DNA of 32,000 bases, taken from positions 1,410,001 to 1,442,000 of the forward strand of contig NC_008698.1 of the NCBI RefSeq assembly GCF_000015225.1, given 5' to 3'. Made by a program: the position numbers and the translations under genes. Below, piece after piece: positions 23,175 through 31,847 of the stretch (position 1 is its first letter; every line of letters starts with the position of its first letter). Source of the stretch: Thermofilum pendens Hrk 5. GTDB taxonomy: Archaea; Thermoproteota; Thermoprotei; Thermofilales; Thermofilaceae. The notes under the pieces were generated by a model. That model was given only the letters and a program-made list of their open reading frames with translations. It did no database searches and was not told where the DNA came from.

Positions 23175-23876
23175 TTAAGCCGAAGAACGATGCCGCACGT
23201 CAAGCGCCGGGCTTCGCTTGCGTCTAAGGCGTAGCGCGTAGATGGCAATGGCAACGGCGAGGGCGACGGCTACAAGCAGGGCTACCGGGATTCGCGGGCC
23301 GGGGGCTGGGTACACGGGTAGCGACTCGTAGTCCAGCTCTGGGTGGACTGGGCAGGCGCTCAGCGGCGTGTACATCTTGGTGGTGTTGAACGGCTTCCAC
23401 TCGCCGTCCTCGTAGACGAGCCTGAGGTCCCAGCCGGCGTCGCCGAGGCGCGCCCTAGAGGCGATAGCCTCGATATCCCCCGCCGTGAGGCCTCTGAGCA
23501 CTCCCTGCGACGCGAGCCTCTCGAGCTCCTCCCTCAGCACCGCTACGACCTCGCCCTCCCCGACCGCGTAGAGGGGTTTCCCGCCGGCCACGGGGACCTG
23601 AACCCTGATGAACGGGTAGCTAGCCGAGATCCTCGTATACCCCACGAGGACTACCAGCCTGTCGTCGAAGCCGCTCCTGTAGCCAGCAACCTCGCCCGAA
23701 ACGCTCCTAGCGTGCCCCGAGCCCAGGAGCGCGGCTAGGTTCAGCGATACCCCCGGCTTGTTCAGGACGACCTCCACCGCCAAGGAGTCTTCCAGCGTTA
23801 TGCAGGACTGCGCCACCACGCCCAGGGTCGCCGCGAGCACAGCGAGCGCGCAGGCAAGCAGCAAGACCCTCCGCAT
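23175..23876 (-). CDS. hypothetical secreted protein with C-terminal membrane anchor
   Basis: 233 aa. N-terminal signal-like MRRVLLLACALAVLAATLGVVAQS. C-terminal transmembrane segment IPVALLVAVALAVAIAIYAL followed by RLRRKR. No family recognised. Confidence 0.55.
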   Translation of the reverse strand: MRRVLLLACALAVLAATLGVVAQSCITLEDSLAVEVVLNKPGVSLNLAALLGSGHARSVSGEVAGYRSGFDDRLVVLVGYTRISASYPFIRVQVPVAGGKPLYAVGEGEVVAVLREELERLASQGVLRGLTAGDIEAIASRARLGDAGWDLRLVYEDGEWKPFNTTKMYTPLSACPVHPELDYESLPVYPAPGPRIPVALLVAVALAVAIAIYALRLRRKRSPALDVRHRSSA

Positions 23877-23881
23877 ACTGC

Positions 23882-23909
23882 ATTTTAACCCCGCGCAACC
23901 ATTAAAAAC
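23882..23909. promoter_or_regulatory. back-to-back divergent TATA boxes in a 35-bp intergenic spacer
   Basis: attttaa (23882-23888) lies 23 nt upstream of the corA ATG at 23912. The reverse complement of attaaaaac (23901-23909) lies 24 nt upstream of the minus-strand ATG at 23876. Confidence 0.4.
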
Positions 23910-23911
23910 GT

Positions 23912-24778
23912 ATGGCAGGTGACGAGCTACACCTTCAGGGCGGGCGGGCGCTACTCGTGGAGGTCGACGGGAGGAGCGTCGCGGATGCCCTCAGAGAGCT
24001 CCCCGTGGACCTCGACGTCGCGGAGCTCGTGGCTAGAGACGCGGAGAGGACGCGCGTAACGGCGTACAAGGACGCGCTTGTGGTCGTCCTCGGCTACCCC
24101 GGTAAAGGGCGGTTCGCCGCGTTGCTTAGAGGCGACACAGTAGCCGTTGCGGCGCCGCGAGGCCTGCTCGCCAGGCTCAGGGAGGACTTCGAGAAGAACT
24201 CCTACGGCTGCAGGAGTTCCCCGGACGCTTTCCTCGCCCTCTCCCTGCTGAGGCTCATCGACGAGTACTACGCCTACTACGACGCCCTGGAAGACGAGAT
24301 AGACGGCTTGGAGGACAGCGTGGCCGAGGACCCGACGCGGGTCGACGTGGCGCGCTTTAGGCGCGTGCGCGGGTCCCTGGTGGAGTTCCGGAGGGACCTC
24401 TACTCGCTTAGAGCCGCCGCCTCGCTACTACTCGGGGAGGGGGTCTACGACCTCTCCGAGGGCGCGAAGAGGCTCGTACAGGAGGTCTACGAGGACGCCG
24501 TGCAGCTACTCGACATGGTGGAGTCGCAGAAGGAGAGGCTGGCGGACATAAGGGACCTCCACCTCTCCGCCCTCTCGCTAGCCCTCAACGAGGTAATGAA
24601 GAAGCTTACAGCGATAAACGTGATAGCGCTACCACTCCTCGTGATAGCCGGTATCTACGGGATGAACCTCGAAATCCCCGAGGCGAGGTGGCCGTACGCA
24701 TACCCAGCGGTCCTCACAGCAATGGCAACGCTCACCGCAATACTAGCCTACGCGCTACGGAAGAGAGGCTGGCTGTAG
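23912..24778 (+). CDS. corA: CorA-family divalent cation (Mg2+/Co2+) transporter
   Basis: 288 aa. Two C-terminal transmembrane helices joined by the signature YGMNLE (GMN motif), preceded by a long acidic helical cytoplasmic domain. Confidence 0.8.
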   Translation: MAGDELHLQGGRALLVEVDGRSVADALRELPVDLDVAELVARDAERTRVTAYKDALVVVLGYPGKGRFAALLRGDTVAVAAPRGLLARLREDFEKNSYGCRSSPDAFLALSLLRLIDEYYAYYDALEDEIDGLEDSVAEDPTRVDVARFRRVRGSLVEFRRDLYSLRAAASLLLGEGVYDLSEGAKRLVQEVYEDAVQLLDMVESQKERLADIRDLHLSALSLALNEVMKKLTAINVIALPLLVIAGIYGMNLEIPEARWPYAYPAVLTAMATLTAILAYALRKRGWL

Positions 24779-24793
24779 ATTAAAAAATTTATA

Positions 24794-24808
24794 GAAAAGC
24801 TTTATAAG
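24794..24808 (+). promoter_or_regulatory. BRE/TATA promoter of the Fbp-type ABC importer operon
   Basis: gaaaagctttataag; 25 nt separate it from ATG 24834. Confidence 0.5.
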
Positions 24809-24833
24809 CAATGATAGTATAGGATACCGCGCT

Positions 24834-26246
24834 ATGAACAAGAAACTACTCGGATTTGGAATCCTAACAATACTGGTCCTAGCAGTCGTCAGCGTTGCAA
24901 GCGCAAGCGTGCAAACCCCGCCTCTAAATGTAGAAACTCAGCAGTACGAAAACACTCTAGTCCTGATAACGCCTAGCAATACGCTGCTTTTAAAGGCTGT
25001 CACAACAGCGTTTAAGAACTATGCTAAGAACAAGCTCGGAGTGGACGTAGACGTAAAGCTCATACAGGCGGGATCCCCTGAATGCATGAACAGGATTATA
25101 GCCTGGAACGGGAAACCCGAGGCGGACATCTTCTTCGGAGGAGACCTCATATACCACTGGAAGCTGAAAGAGAAGGGTCTCCTAGAAAGCTATAAGCCCA
25201 AGTCTCCGGGCTACGACGCTATTCCGTCCACGTTCCTCGGCTTCCCACTCAAAGACCCCGATGAAATGTGGCACCCCAAGCTCTGGTGGGGGCACGGCTT
25301 CATGTACAACACTAAAGTTCTCGAGAAGCTCGGACTTCAACCCCCGAAGACCTGGGACGACCTGCTAGACCCCAAGTGGAAGGACCTGATAGTCATGTGT
25401 ACACCGTCTAGGTCGTCGTCCACGTACATCAACGTCGGAATAATAATCCAGAACAGAGGGTGGGATCAGGGATGGGCCTTTTGGAGGAGGCTCGCCGCCA
25501 ACGTAGGCGCCTTCGTGCAGAGAAGCGCGGACGTCGTAGACTTGGTCTCTAAAGGTGAGTATGCCGTAGGCTTTGCATACAGCCAGGGGGCCATTATCAA
25601 CAGGTACAACGGATACCCCGTTTCGATGTACATGGATCCCACGGGTTTCATAGTTTCAGGTGTATCCCTACTCAAGGGAGCGCCTCACCCGAACATCGCT
25701 AAAGCCTTCCTCGACTGGTGGTACACAGAGGACGCCCAGCAAGCCGCTCTAAGCGCGGGAGGAATACCCGTGCTTCCCACAGTCAAGATAGCCGGACCTC
25801 CAAACTCCACGGCTGCTATCCTCAGGGAGTACCTCGGAGGAAAGGACACGATATACGACTACCTCAAGACCTTTACCAACGTGAAGTTCTACAACTTCAC
25901 CTTCGCTGAAGCTATGTACACGAATATCAGTAAGATTTTCGACAACACGATAGTCGCTAAGCACTCGGAGCTGAAGGACGCTTGGAGCACTATTCTAAGC
26001 GTTCAGGCAAAGGTAAAAGGAGTGCCGGACGCGGAAGCCAAGCTGGCCCAGGCTATAAGTGCGTTCGACAAGGGAGACTACGCCACTGCCAAGGCGCTAG
26101 CTCTGGAAGCCGCGAAAATAGCGGAGACAGCGCCTAAAGGGCCTTCCGCCACGGAGATCCTGGTCTACGCGGTCATCGCCCTAGTCGTGATAGCTGCACT
26201 TGCATACCTGTTACGCGGAAAGCTAGGCAAGAAGGCTAAGCAGTAA
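24834..26246 (+). CDS. ABC transporter substrate-binding protein, Fbp/Afu (iron(III))-like family, C-terminally anchored
   Basis: 470 aa with an N-terminal signal or anchor. LVLITPSNTLLLKAVTTAFKNYAKNKLGVDVDVKLIQAGSPECMNRIIAWNGKPEADIFFGGD...GLLESYKP matches the Fbp-like type II periplasmic-binding-protein pattern. C-terminal transmembrane segment ILVYAVIALVVIAALAYLL. The ligand cannot be read from sequence. Confidence 0.75.
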   Translation: MNKKLLGFGILTILVLAVVSVASASVQTPPLNVETQQYENTLVLITPSNTLLLKAVTTAFKNYAKNKLGVDVDVKLIQAGSPECMNRIIAWNGKPEADIFFGGDLIYHWKLKEKGLLESYKPKSPGYDAIPSTFLGFPLKDPDEMWHPKLWWGHGFMYNTKVLEKLGLQPPKTWDDLLDPKWKDLIVMCTPSRSSSTYINVGIIIQNRGWDQGWAFWRRLAANVGAFVQRSADVVDLVSKGEYAVGFAYSQGAIINRYNGYPVSMYMDPTGFIVSGVSLLKGAPHPNIAKAFLDWWYTEDAQQAALSAGGIPVLPTVKIAGPPNSTAAILREYLGGKDTIYDYLKTFTNVKFYNFTFAEAMYTNISKIFDNTIVAKHSELKDAWSTILSVQAKVKGVPDAEAKLAQAISAFDKGDYATAKALALEAAKIAETAPKGPSATEILVYAVIALVVIAALAYLLRGKLGKKAKQ

Positions 26247-26257
26247 ATCGGAAAACT

Positions 26258-26265
26258 ATTTTTTG
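26258..26265 (+). terminator. intra-operon T6 run between the binding-protein and ATPase genes (possible partial terminator)
   Basis: atttttt g lies 12 nt after the binding-protein stop and 5 nt before the ATPase ATG. Confidence 0.3.
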
Positions 26266-26269
26266 ATCC

Positions 26270-27370
26270 ATGTTTTTCACGAGGGGATCGACGTTGGTCT
26301 CCGTTAAAGTCGAAGACGTGTGGATGACTTTTGGGAAGGTTGAAGCCCTTAGAGGAGTTAACCTGGAGGTCGCGGAGGGAGAACTCGTAACCCTGCTCGG
26401 CCCCAGCGGTTGTGGTAAGACGACGTTGCTGAGAGTCATAAGTGGGCTTTACCGGCCTACGCGTGGAAGAGTGTACTTCGACTCGGAGGACGTTACGGAG
26501 AAGAACCCTTGGGAGAGGAACGTTGGGCTAGTCTTCCAAGACTACGCGCTGTGGCCTCACTTGAAGGTCTACGACAACATTGCCTACGGACTACGCTTAA
26601 GGAAGATCCCCAAGGACGAGATAGACGAGCGCGTCCATAGGGTCGCGTCTCTGCTGGGCATTGAGGATCTACTGGACCGCTACCCGCACCAGCTGAGCGG
26701 CGGGCAACAGCAACGCGTAGCGCTCGCGCGGGCTGTCGTCATAAACCCCAGCGTGTTGCTCTTGGACGAGCCGCTGAGCAACCTCGACGCCAAGATCAGG
26801 ATTAACGTCAGGACGGAGATCAGGAAGCTTCAGAAAGAGCTCAAGATCACGTCTATCTACGTTACCCACGACCAGGAAGAGGCCCTCGTCATATCCGACA
26901 GGATAGCGGTTATGAACAAAGGTTTCATAGAGCAGGTAGGGTCGCCCCTAGACATCTACTATAGGCCTAGAACGCTCTTTGTGGCGGACTTCGTTGGGCA
27001 GGTAAACATCGTGAAAGGAAAGGTTGCCGAGGTAGCCCCGGACACCGGGGAGCTCGTCGTAGAGTCGGAAATCGGGGAGCTACACGTCTCTGCGGACGAG
27101 AAGGCTTCGAAGGGAGAAGAGGTTTACCTCGCGTTCAGACCCGAGAACGTGGAGATACTCAGAGCGCCGCGCGGCGGGAGCGCGGGGCTCCTAGAGGGGA
27201 GAGTGGACTCGGTGCAGTTCCTCGGGAGCCTGTTGAGGGTAGACGTGGAGGTAGGAGGGAAGAGGATCAGGGCAGAGATACACAACCCCGCCCGCGCCGG
27301 GCTCTTCAGCCCCGGAGAGAAGGTGTACCTAAGAGTGGACCCCGGGAATATCAGGGTTCTCAAGGGGTAG
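26270..27370 (+). CDS. ABC importer ATP-binding protein (FbpC/PotA/MalK-type with C-terminal TOBE-like domain)
   Basis: Walker A GPSGCGKTT, Q-loop VFQDYALWPH, signature LSGGQQQRVALARA, Walker B LLLDEPLSNLD and H-loop VTHD. A regulatory/TOBE-like extension of about 120 aa follows. Confidence 0.9.
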   Translation: MFFTRGSTLVSVKVEDVWMTFGKVEALRGVNLEVAEGELVTLLGPSGCGKTTLLRVISGLYRPTRGRVYFDSEDVTEKNPWERNVGLVFQDYALWPHLKVYDNIAYGLRLRKIPKDEIDERVHRVASLLGIEDLLDRYPHQLSGGQQQRVALARAVVINPSVLLLDEPLSNLDAKIRINVRTEIRKLQKELKITSIYVTHDQEEALVISDRIAVMNKGFIEQVGSPLDIYYRPRTLFVADFVGQVNIVKGKVAEVAPDTGELVVESEIGELHVSADEKASKGEEVYLAFRPENVEILRAPRGGSAGLLEGRVDSVQFLGSLLRVDVEVGGKRIRAEIHNPARAGLFSPGEKVYLRVDPGNIRVLKG

Positions 27371-29014
27371 GTGCCGTCTATGCGCGTAAGCTTCACCTCG
27401 GTAGCCAGGCTCTTAATCCTCCTGTACGTAGCCGTTTTCATCCTGTACCCCCTCGCGTACCTCGTACTCTTCGTAGTTTCCCCTAGGAGCCTGAGCGAAG
27501 TAGTAGCCTTCCTGGAGAGCGACCTTTTTCTATCCTCGCTTAAAAACAGCCTCTACGTCGCGCTTGTAACCACGCTGTTAGCCACGCTGATAGGCGTGCC
27601 TTACGCCTACGCGTTACACAGGTACAAAGTCCTCGGGAAAAACTACGTCCTCTCGGCAACGTTTATGCCGACGATGGTTCCACCATTCGTGGGCGCCCTA
27701 TCGGTCATCTTCCTGCTCGGAAGGTTCGGAACGGTAAACCTACTGTTAATGGAGTGGGGGCTGATCGAGAGACCCATAAACTTCATCTACGGTCTTCACG
27801 GCGTCATCCTCGTACAAACGATTACGCTTTTCCCGTGGATAGCTATAAACGTGTACAATAGCCTGCTGAAGCTGGACAGGAGCCTGGAGGAGGCGGCGGA
27901 GTCCCTCGGAGCCCCGCCGATAAGGAGGTTCTTCACGGTAACCCTCCCAGCGGTGACTCCCGGGCTTATGACGGGTCTCTTCATGGTCTTCTCCTTCGCG
28001 TTCACCGACTACGCTACCCCGATAGTCCTCGGCCAGTACGAGCTACTAGCACCCCAGGCCTTCGTAAACATCCAGCAGGCAATCGACGAGTCAAGGGTGA
28101 GAACCGGGACGTACATGGTCTTCTTCATGCTCGTAATAGTCATCGGGCTGTTCCTAGCCATGAAGAAGTACATTTCCCTCAGGGAGTACGCCAGCCTAAG
28201 GCTCCCCAGGCCCGTAGAAGAGGTGGAGCTGAGGGGGGTGCGCAGAGTGCTAGTACCCTTGCTCATCTACCTAGCGCTTTTCGTGGGGCTCCTTCCCCAC
28301 GTTTTCGTCTTCGTGATAAGCCTTTCGAAAGCGTGGAGCCTTACCCCGCTTCCCACGAGCTACTCGCTCGAGAACTTCGCCACGATATTCCATAGCCCGA
28401 CGCCGTTCGTGAACACGGCGATCTACGCGGCGATAGGGACTGCTATATGCCTCCTTGTTGGAATGTTCGGAGCCTACGTCGTGACGAGGACGAACCACCC
28501 GCTAAACGAAGTCATAGACTCGGCTCTCTCAATGATGTTCGTGGTTCCCGGGATAGTCGTTGGAACAAGCTTCCTCTTCGCGTTCAGGAAGGACATACCG
28601 GTAATGGGGGTTCTGGGCTCCACGTGGCTAATAATGCCCTTAATGCTCGCCACGCGGAGAATAACCTACACTATCCGCTATGCCTACGCTACGTACGTAA
28701 CGATAAGGAGATCCTTGGAGGAGGCGGCGTACGTATTCGGGGAAAAGCCTCTCGGAACGTTCTTCAAGATAGTAATGCCCAACGCAATCTACGGGATACT
28801 GGCGGGCACTCTCTTCTCCTTCATAGAGATAGTGAACGAGCTCACAGCGTCGCTCTTCCTCTACAAGCCCGGCTGGGAGACCGTTACGATACAGATGTTC
28901 ATCCAGATAACGGCCGGCCAGTTCCCGGTGTCCGCCGCCTACGCCGTGGTGCTCTTCGTAGTGTCCATAGCGCTAGCCACGGTCGCCATGACGCTCGCCT
29001 CCAAGAAGAGGTAG
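27371..29014 (+). CDS. ABC importer permease, duplicated (two-module) FbpB/ThiP-type
   Basis: 547 aa with a GTG start directly after the ATPase stop. Two tandem permease modules, each with an EAA-like loop (LEEAAESLGAPPIRRFF and LEEAAYVFGEKPLGTFF). Confidence 0.85.
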   Translation: MPSMRVSFTSVARLLILLYVAVFILYPLAYLVLFVVSPRSLSEVVAFLESDLFLSSLKNSLYVALVTTLLATLIGVPYAYALHRYKVLGKNYVLSATFMPTMVPPFVGALSVIFLLGRFGTVNLLLMEWGLIERPINFIYGLHGVILVQTITLFPWIAINVYNSLLKLDRSLEEAAESLGAPPIRRFFTVTLPAVTPGLMTGLFMVFSFAFTDYATPIVLGQYELLAPQAFVNIQQAIDESRVRTGTYMVFFMLVIVIGLFLAMKKYISLREYASLRLPRPVEEVELRGVRRVLVPLLIYLALFVGLLPHVFVFVISLSKAWSLTPLPTSYSLENFATIFHSPTPFVNTAIYAAIGTAICLLVGMFGAYVVTRTNHPLNEVIDSALSMMFVVPGIVVGTSFLFAFRKDIPVMGVLGSTWLIMPLMLATRRITYTIRYAYATYVTIRRSLEEAAYVFGEKPLGTFFKIVMPNAIYGILAGTLFSFIEIVNELTASLFLYKPGWETVTIQMFIQITAGQFPVSAAYAVVLFVVSIALATVAMTLASKKR

Positions 29015-29027
29015 AGCCCCGAGGCTT

Positions 29028-29996
29028 TCACCTCAGGTGCTCCACGTCGCCGGCGTCTACGGTGACCCTTCCCCCCGTGTCTTTCTGCACGACGAGCTCC
29101 CCCCTGCTCGTAACGTCCACGGCTACCCCCTCCACCACGCCGCCGCCCACGATCGATACCCTTACGCGCCTCCCGAGCGTTGAGGAGAGCGTCTTCCACT
29201 CCTCTACCACCCTGCCGGGCTCCCCCCGCTTGAGCGCCGCGTAGTACCCGTCTAGCCCCGCGAGTATCGCCTTGAGCAGGGGGAGCCTCGGCACGGGGTG
29301 CCCCAGTATCTCCTTGATGCTCGTAGCCACGCCCTCCAGCCCCTCCGGGACCTCGTTGTTCACGTTCACACCCACGCCTAGCAGGAGGTACTTCAGCGCG
29401 TCCGCCTCCGCCTTGCCCTCCACCAGGATGCCGCAGAGCTTCCTCTCGCCTACGACCACGTCGTTGGGCCACTTGAGCCTAGCGTCTATCCCGTAAAGCC
29501 CCCTCACAGACTTGGCTACGGAGAGCCCCGCGGCTAGGGAGAGTAGCTGGAGGTGCTTCATTTGCTGGGGGCGCAGGATCACCGTGAACCAGAGGCCCCC
29601 GGGGCCGGCGAACCACCTCCTCCCGAGGCGCCCCCTGCCGCTAGTCATGGACTCCGCGACGACCACCGTCCCCTCCTCCGCCCCCTGGGATGCCAGCGCG
29701 TCGGCAACGTCCTGCGTGGACCCGCACGTCTTGACGTAGTACGCGGTGTACCTGAGGGTCCTCCCGGCACCTGCGACGACGGCGTTCGCGTCTGCGAGGT
29801 TGTCGGAGGAGACGAGCCTGTAGCCCCTGCGCGGGTGCGACTCCACGACGTAGCCCATCTTCCTCAGGCCTACGATCGCCCTGTGAATGGCTACCTTGGA
29901 TACTCCCAGCTTCTCCGCGAGCTCGCCGCCCCTCACGTAGCCACCCCTCCTAGCCAGTACCTCCAACACTCTGCGCCTCAGCTCCTTGCCGTCCAC
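29028..29996 (-). CDS. birA: bifunctional biotin-[acetyl-CoA-carboxylase] ligase / biotin operon repressor (class II BirA)
   Basis: 322 aa with a GTG start. N-terminal winged HTH (GGELAEKLGVSKVAIHRAIVGLRKMGYVVES). Biotin/ATP loop GRGRLGRRW. KWPNDV motif. C-terminal SH3-like domain. Confidence 0.9.
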   Translation of the reverse strand: MDGKELRRRVLEVLARRGGYVRGGELAEKLGVSKVAIHRAIVGLRKMGYVVESHPRRGYRLVSSDNLADANAVVAGAGRTLRYTAYYVKTCGSTQDVADALASQGAEEGTVVVAESMTSGRGRLGRRWFAGPGGLWFTVILRPQQMKHLQLLSLAAGLSVAKSVRGLYGIDARLKWPNDVVVGERKLCGILVEGKAEADALKYLLLGVGVNVNNEVPEGLEGVATSIKEILGHPVPRLPLLKAILAGLDGYYAALKRGEPGRVVEEWKTLSSTLGRRVRVSIVGGGVVEGVAVDVTSRGELVVQKDTGGRVTVDAGDVEHLR

Positions 29997-30592
29997 CCCG
30001 CGACCACCCTCCTGGTATAGAGCGCTTCCAGCATATATAGCGTGTGCAGGGCCGTCAGGTAGGTCAGGCTCTTCGAGAGGGCTACAAGCCTCCTCGCCCT
30101 CCGGCCCCCGAGGTTAACGCCGTAGAGCTCGCCGAGTTGCCTCAGCGTTAGGCTAGCGGTGTAAGCCAGCTTGTACGCCAGGGCCAGCTCCGCGGCGAGC
30201 CCCGGGCTCAGCCTGCCTACGAGCCTCAAAAGGTCCGCCACGCTCACCGCGGAGAAGGCGGTGTAGGAGAGGAGGACGACCGAGAGGTGTCTCGCCAGCG
30301 TGGAGGCGGCGTAGAGGGGGTCGAAGAAGCCCAGCAGTAGCTGGGCGGCCGTAGAAGAGACGGCGTAGAAGCCGAGGAAGGGCGCGGAGAGCAGTATCGC
30401 CGCGGCCGTTCTGCGCGCGCCGGCGACGGTCAAGGAGAGGAGCGCTGAAGCCGCGAGCACCAGGGGTAGCGAGGCGGCTGGGGCTAGGAGCGCGGCCAGA
30501 GACCCCGAGAAAGCAGCGGCTAGGGCTACGGCTGGGCTAAGCCTGACCCTGCCCGCGCCGGGCGCGGTTACCTCACAGAGCAACCTACTCAA
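29978..30592 (-). CDS. ECF transporter transmembrane (T) component, EcfT/BioN/CbiQ-like
   Basis: Hydrophobic multi-pass protein between the ECF-type ATPase and birA. No ATG is available. I place the start at TTG 30592, overlapping the ATPase stop; TTG 30583 is an alternative. The upstream part of the 259-aa track ORF lies inside the ATPase gene and has non-protein-like composition. The start is uncertain. Confidence 0.55.
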   Translation of the reverse strand: MSRLLCEVTAPGAGRVRLSPAVALAAAFSGSLAALLAPAASLPLVLAASALLSLTVAGARRTAAAILLSAPFLGFYAVSSTAAQLLLGFFDPLYAASTLARHLSVVLLSYTAFSAVSVADLLRLVGRLSPGLAAELALAYKLAYTASLTLRQLGELYGVNLGGRRARRLVALSKSLTYLTALHTLYMLEALYTRRVVAGWTARS

Positions 30593-31847
30593 CTTCCTCA
30601 AGGACGCCTCCCCTGAGCTCCAGCACCCTGTCCAGTAGGCTCGCGAACGCGAGGTCGTGCGTAGCGACAACCACGCTGGAACCCCTAGAGGCGAACTCCT
30701 CCAGCATTTCGAGCAAGGCCCGCTTGGATGGCGCGTCGAGCCCAAGGGTCGGCTCATCGAGGAGGAGCGTCTCCGCGCGGGAGACGTACGCTAGCGCGAG
30801 CGAGAGCCTCCGCGACTCCCCGGCGCTGAGCTCGTAGGGGTTCCTGCCGCCGAGCCTCTCGAGGTCGAAGAGCTCCAACACTTCGCCGACGTCGCCCCTA
30901 AACCCCCAGGCCTCCGCGAAGAGCTCGACCTCCTCCTCGACGCTGGCGGAGGAGTACCAGTAGAGCGGCGCGGCGGGTACGAGGAAGACTGGCTTCTCGA
31001 CGAGCAGAGTGCCGGCTGAGGGCTTCAGGATGCCTGCCAGTATCTTCAGCAACGTCGTCTTGCCGGAGCCGTTCCTACCCGTCACGGCGACGCACTCCCC
31101 CTCCCGCACCCTCAGCGAGGCACCGCGGAGCACGGGCCTCCCCCTCTCGTAGGCGTAGGCGAGCTTGTCCGCGTAGACCTTTACCCTCGCCCCGGCCCTG
31201 CCGGCAACCCTCGCGGGCGGCGTTGCGCCGGCACGCGCGTCGCCGAGTGTTATCACCCTGCTGGCATAGCTCTTCACGAGGTCCACTCTGTGCTCTACGA
31301 GTAGCGTGGTTAGGCCTCTCTCCTCGCCGAGCTCCGAGAGTGTTTCCAGAACCTCGCCGAGGCCCCACGGGTCGACGCGGGCTGTAGGCTCGTCTAGGAG
31401 TAACAACTTGGCGCCGCCGGAGAGGGCGGTCGCCGCCAGGAGCCTGTAGAGCTCACCGTCGGAGAGCTCGTCGATCCTGCGCGACGGGTACCGGAGCAGG
31501 TGCTCCGCGAAGCCCGCTACGCCACCGGCGAGGGCGACCTCCTCGCCTACCGTTACCCCGAGGAAGTAGTAGTGGGGGTCCTGGGGTACGTAGGCGACTA
31601 GCCCCCTCCCGGCTGCCTCCAGCGGGTCGAGGCCGTACACCTTCACGCTACCCGTAACCCTGTAGGAGTCGTAGAGCCCGGGTATCACCCCAGCGAGGAC
31701 TTTGAGGAGCGTCGTCTTTCCGCTACCGGTAGGCCCCGTTACTACGGCGAGCTCCCCCTCCTCCACCTCGAAGCTCAAGCCCTCGAGTATACTCTTACCC
31801 CCCACGGACACGGATAGCCCTTCAACGCTCACAGCCCTACCCGACAC
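30585..31847 (-). CDS. fused tandem ECF/ABC ATPase (EcfA-EcfA-prime / BioM-like)
   Basis: 420 aa with a GTG start. Two complete nucleotide-binding modules. Module 1 has GPTGSGKTT, LSDGE, LLLLDEPTARVD and VEH. Module 2 has GRNGSGKTT, LSAGESRR, LLLDEPTLGLD and ATHD. Confidence 0.85.
   Translation of the reverse strand: MSGRAVSVEGLSVSVGGKSILEGLSFEVEEGELAVVTGPTGSGKTTLLKVLAGVIPGLYDSYRVTGSVKVYGLDPLEAAGRGLVAYVPQDPHYYFLGVTVGEEVALAGGVAGFAEHLLRYPSRRIDELSDGELYRLLAATALSGGAKLLLLDEPTARVDPWGLGEVLETLSELGEERGLTTLLVEHRVDLVKSYASRVITLGDARAGATPPARVAGRAGARVKVYADKLAYAYERGRPVLRGASLRVREGECVAVTGRNGSGKTTLLKILAGILKPSAGTLLVEKPVFLVPAAPLYWYSSASVEEEVELFAEAWGFRGDVGEVLELFDLERLGGRNPYELSAGESRRLSLALAYVSRAETLLLDEPTLGLDAPSKRALLEMLEEFASRGSSVVVATHDLAFASLLDRVLELRGGVLEEVE

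Noticed and set aside
28447-29472. ORFs 28447-29244 (plus, 265 aa) and 28939-29472 (minus, 177 aa)
   Set aside because: These are off-frame shadows spanning the permease 3-prime end and birA. The translations are Arg/Gly-rich and low-complexity, while the annotated frames carry clear EAA-loop and BirA motifs.
30593-30757. ATG-initiated 55-codon extension of the EcfT-like ORF
   Set aside because: It lies entirely within the 3-prime end of the ATPase gene in another frame. It encodes a hydrophilic Ser/Pro/Arg/Trp-rich segment, unlike a membrane protein. I prefer a TTG start at the ATPase stop, though the start remains uncertain.
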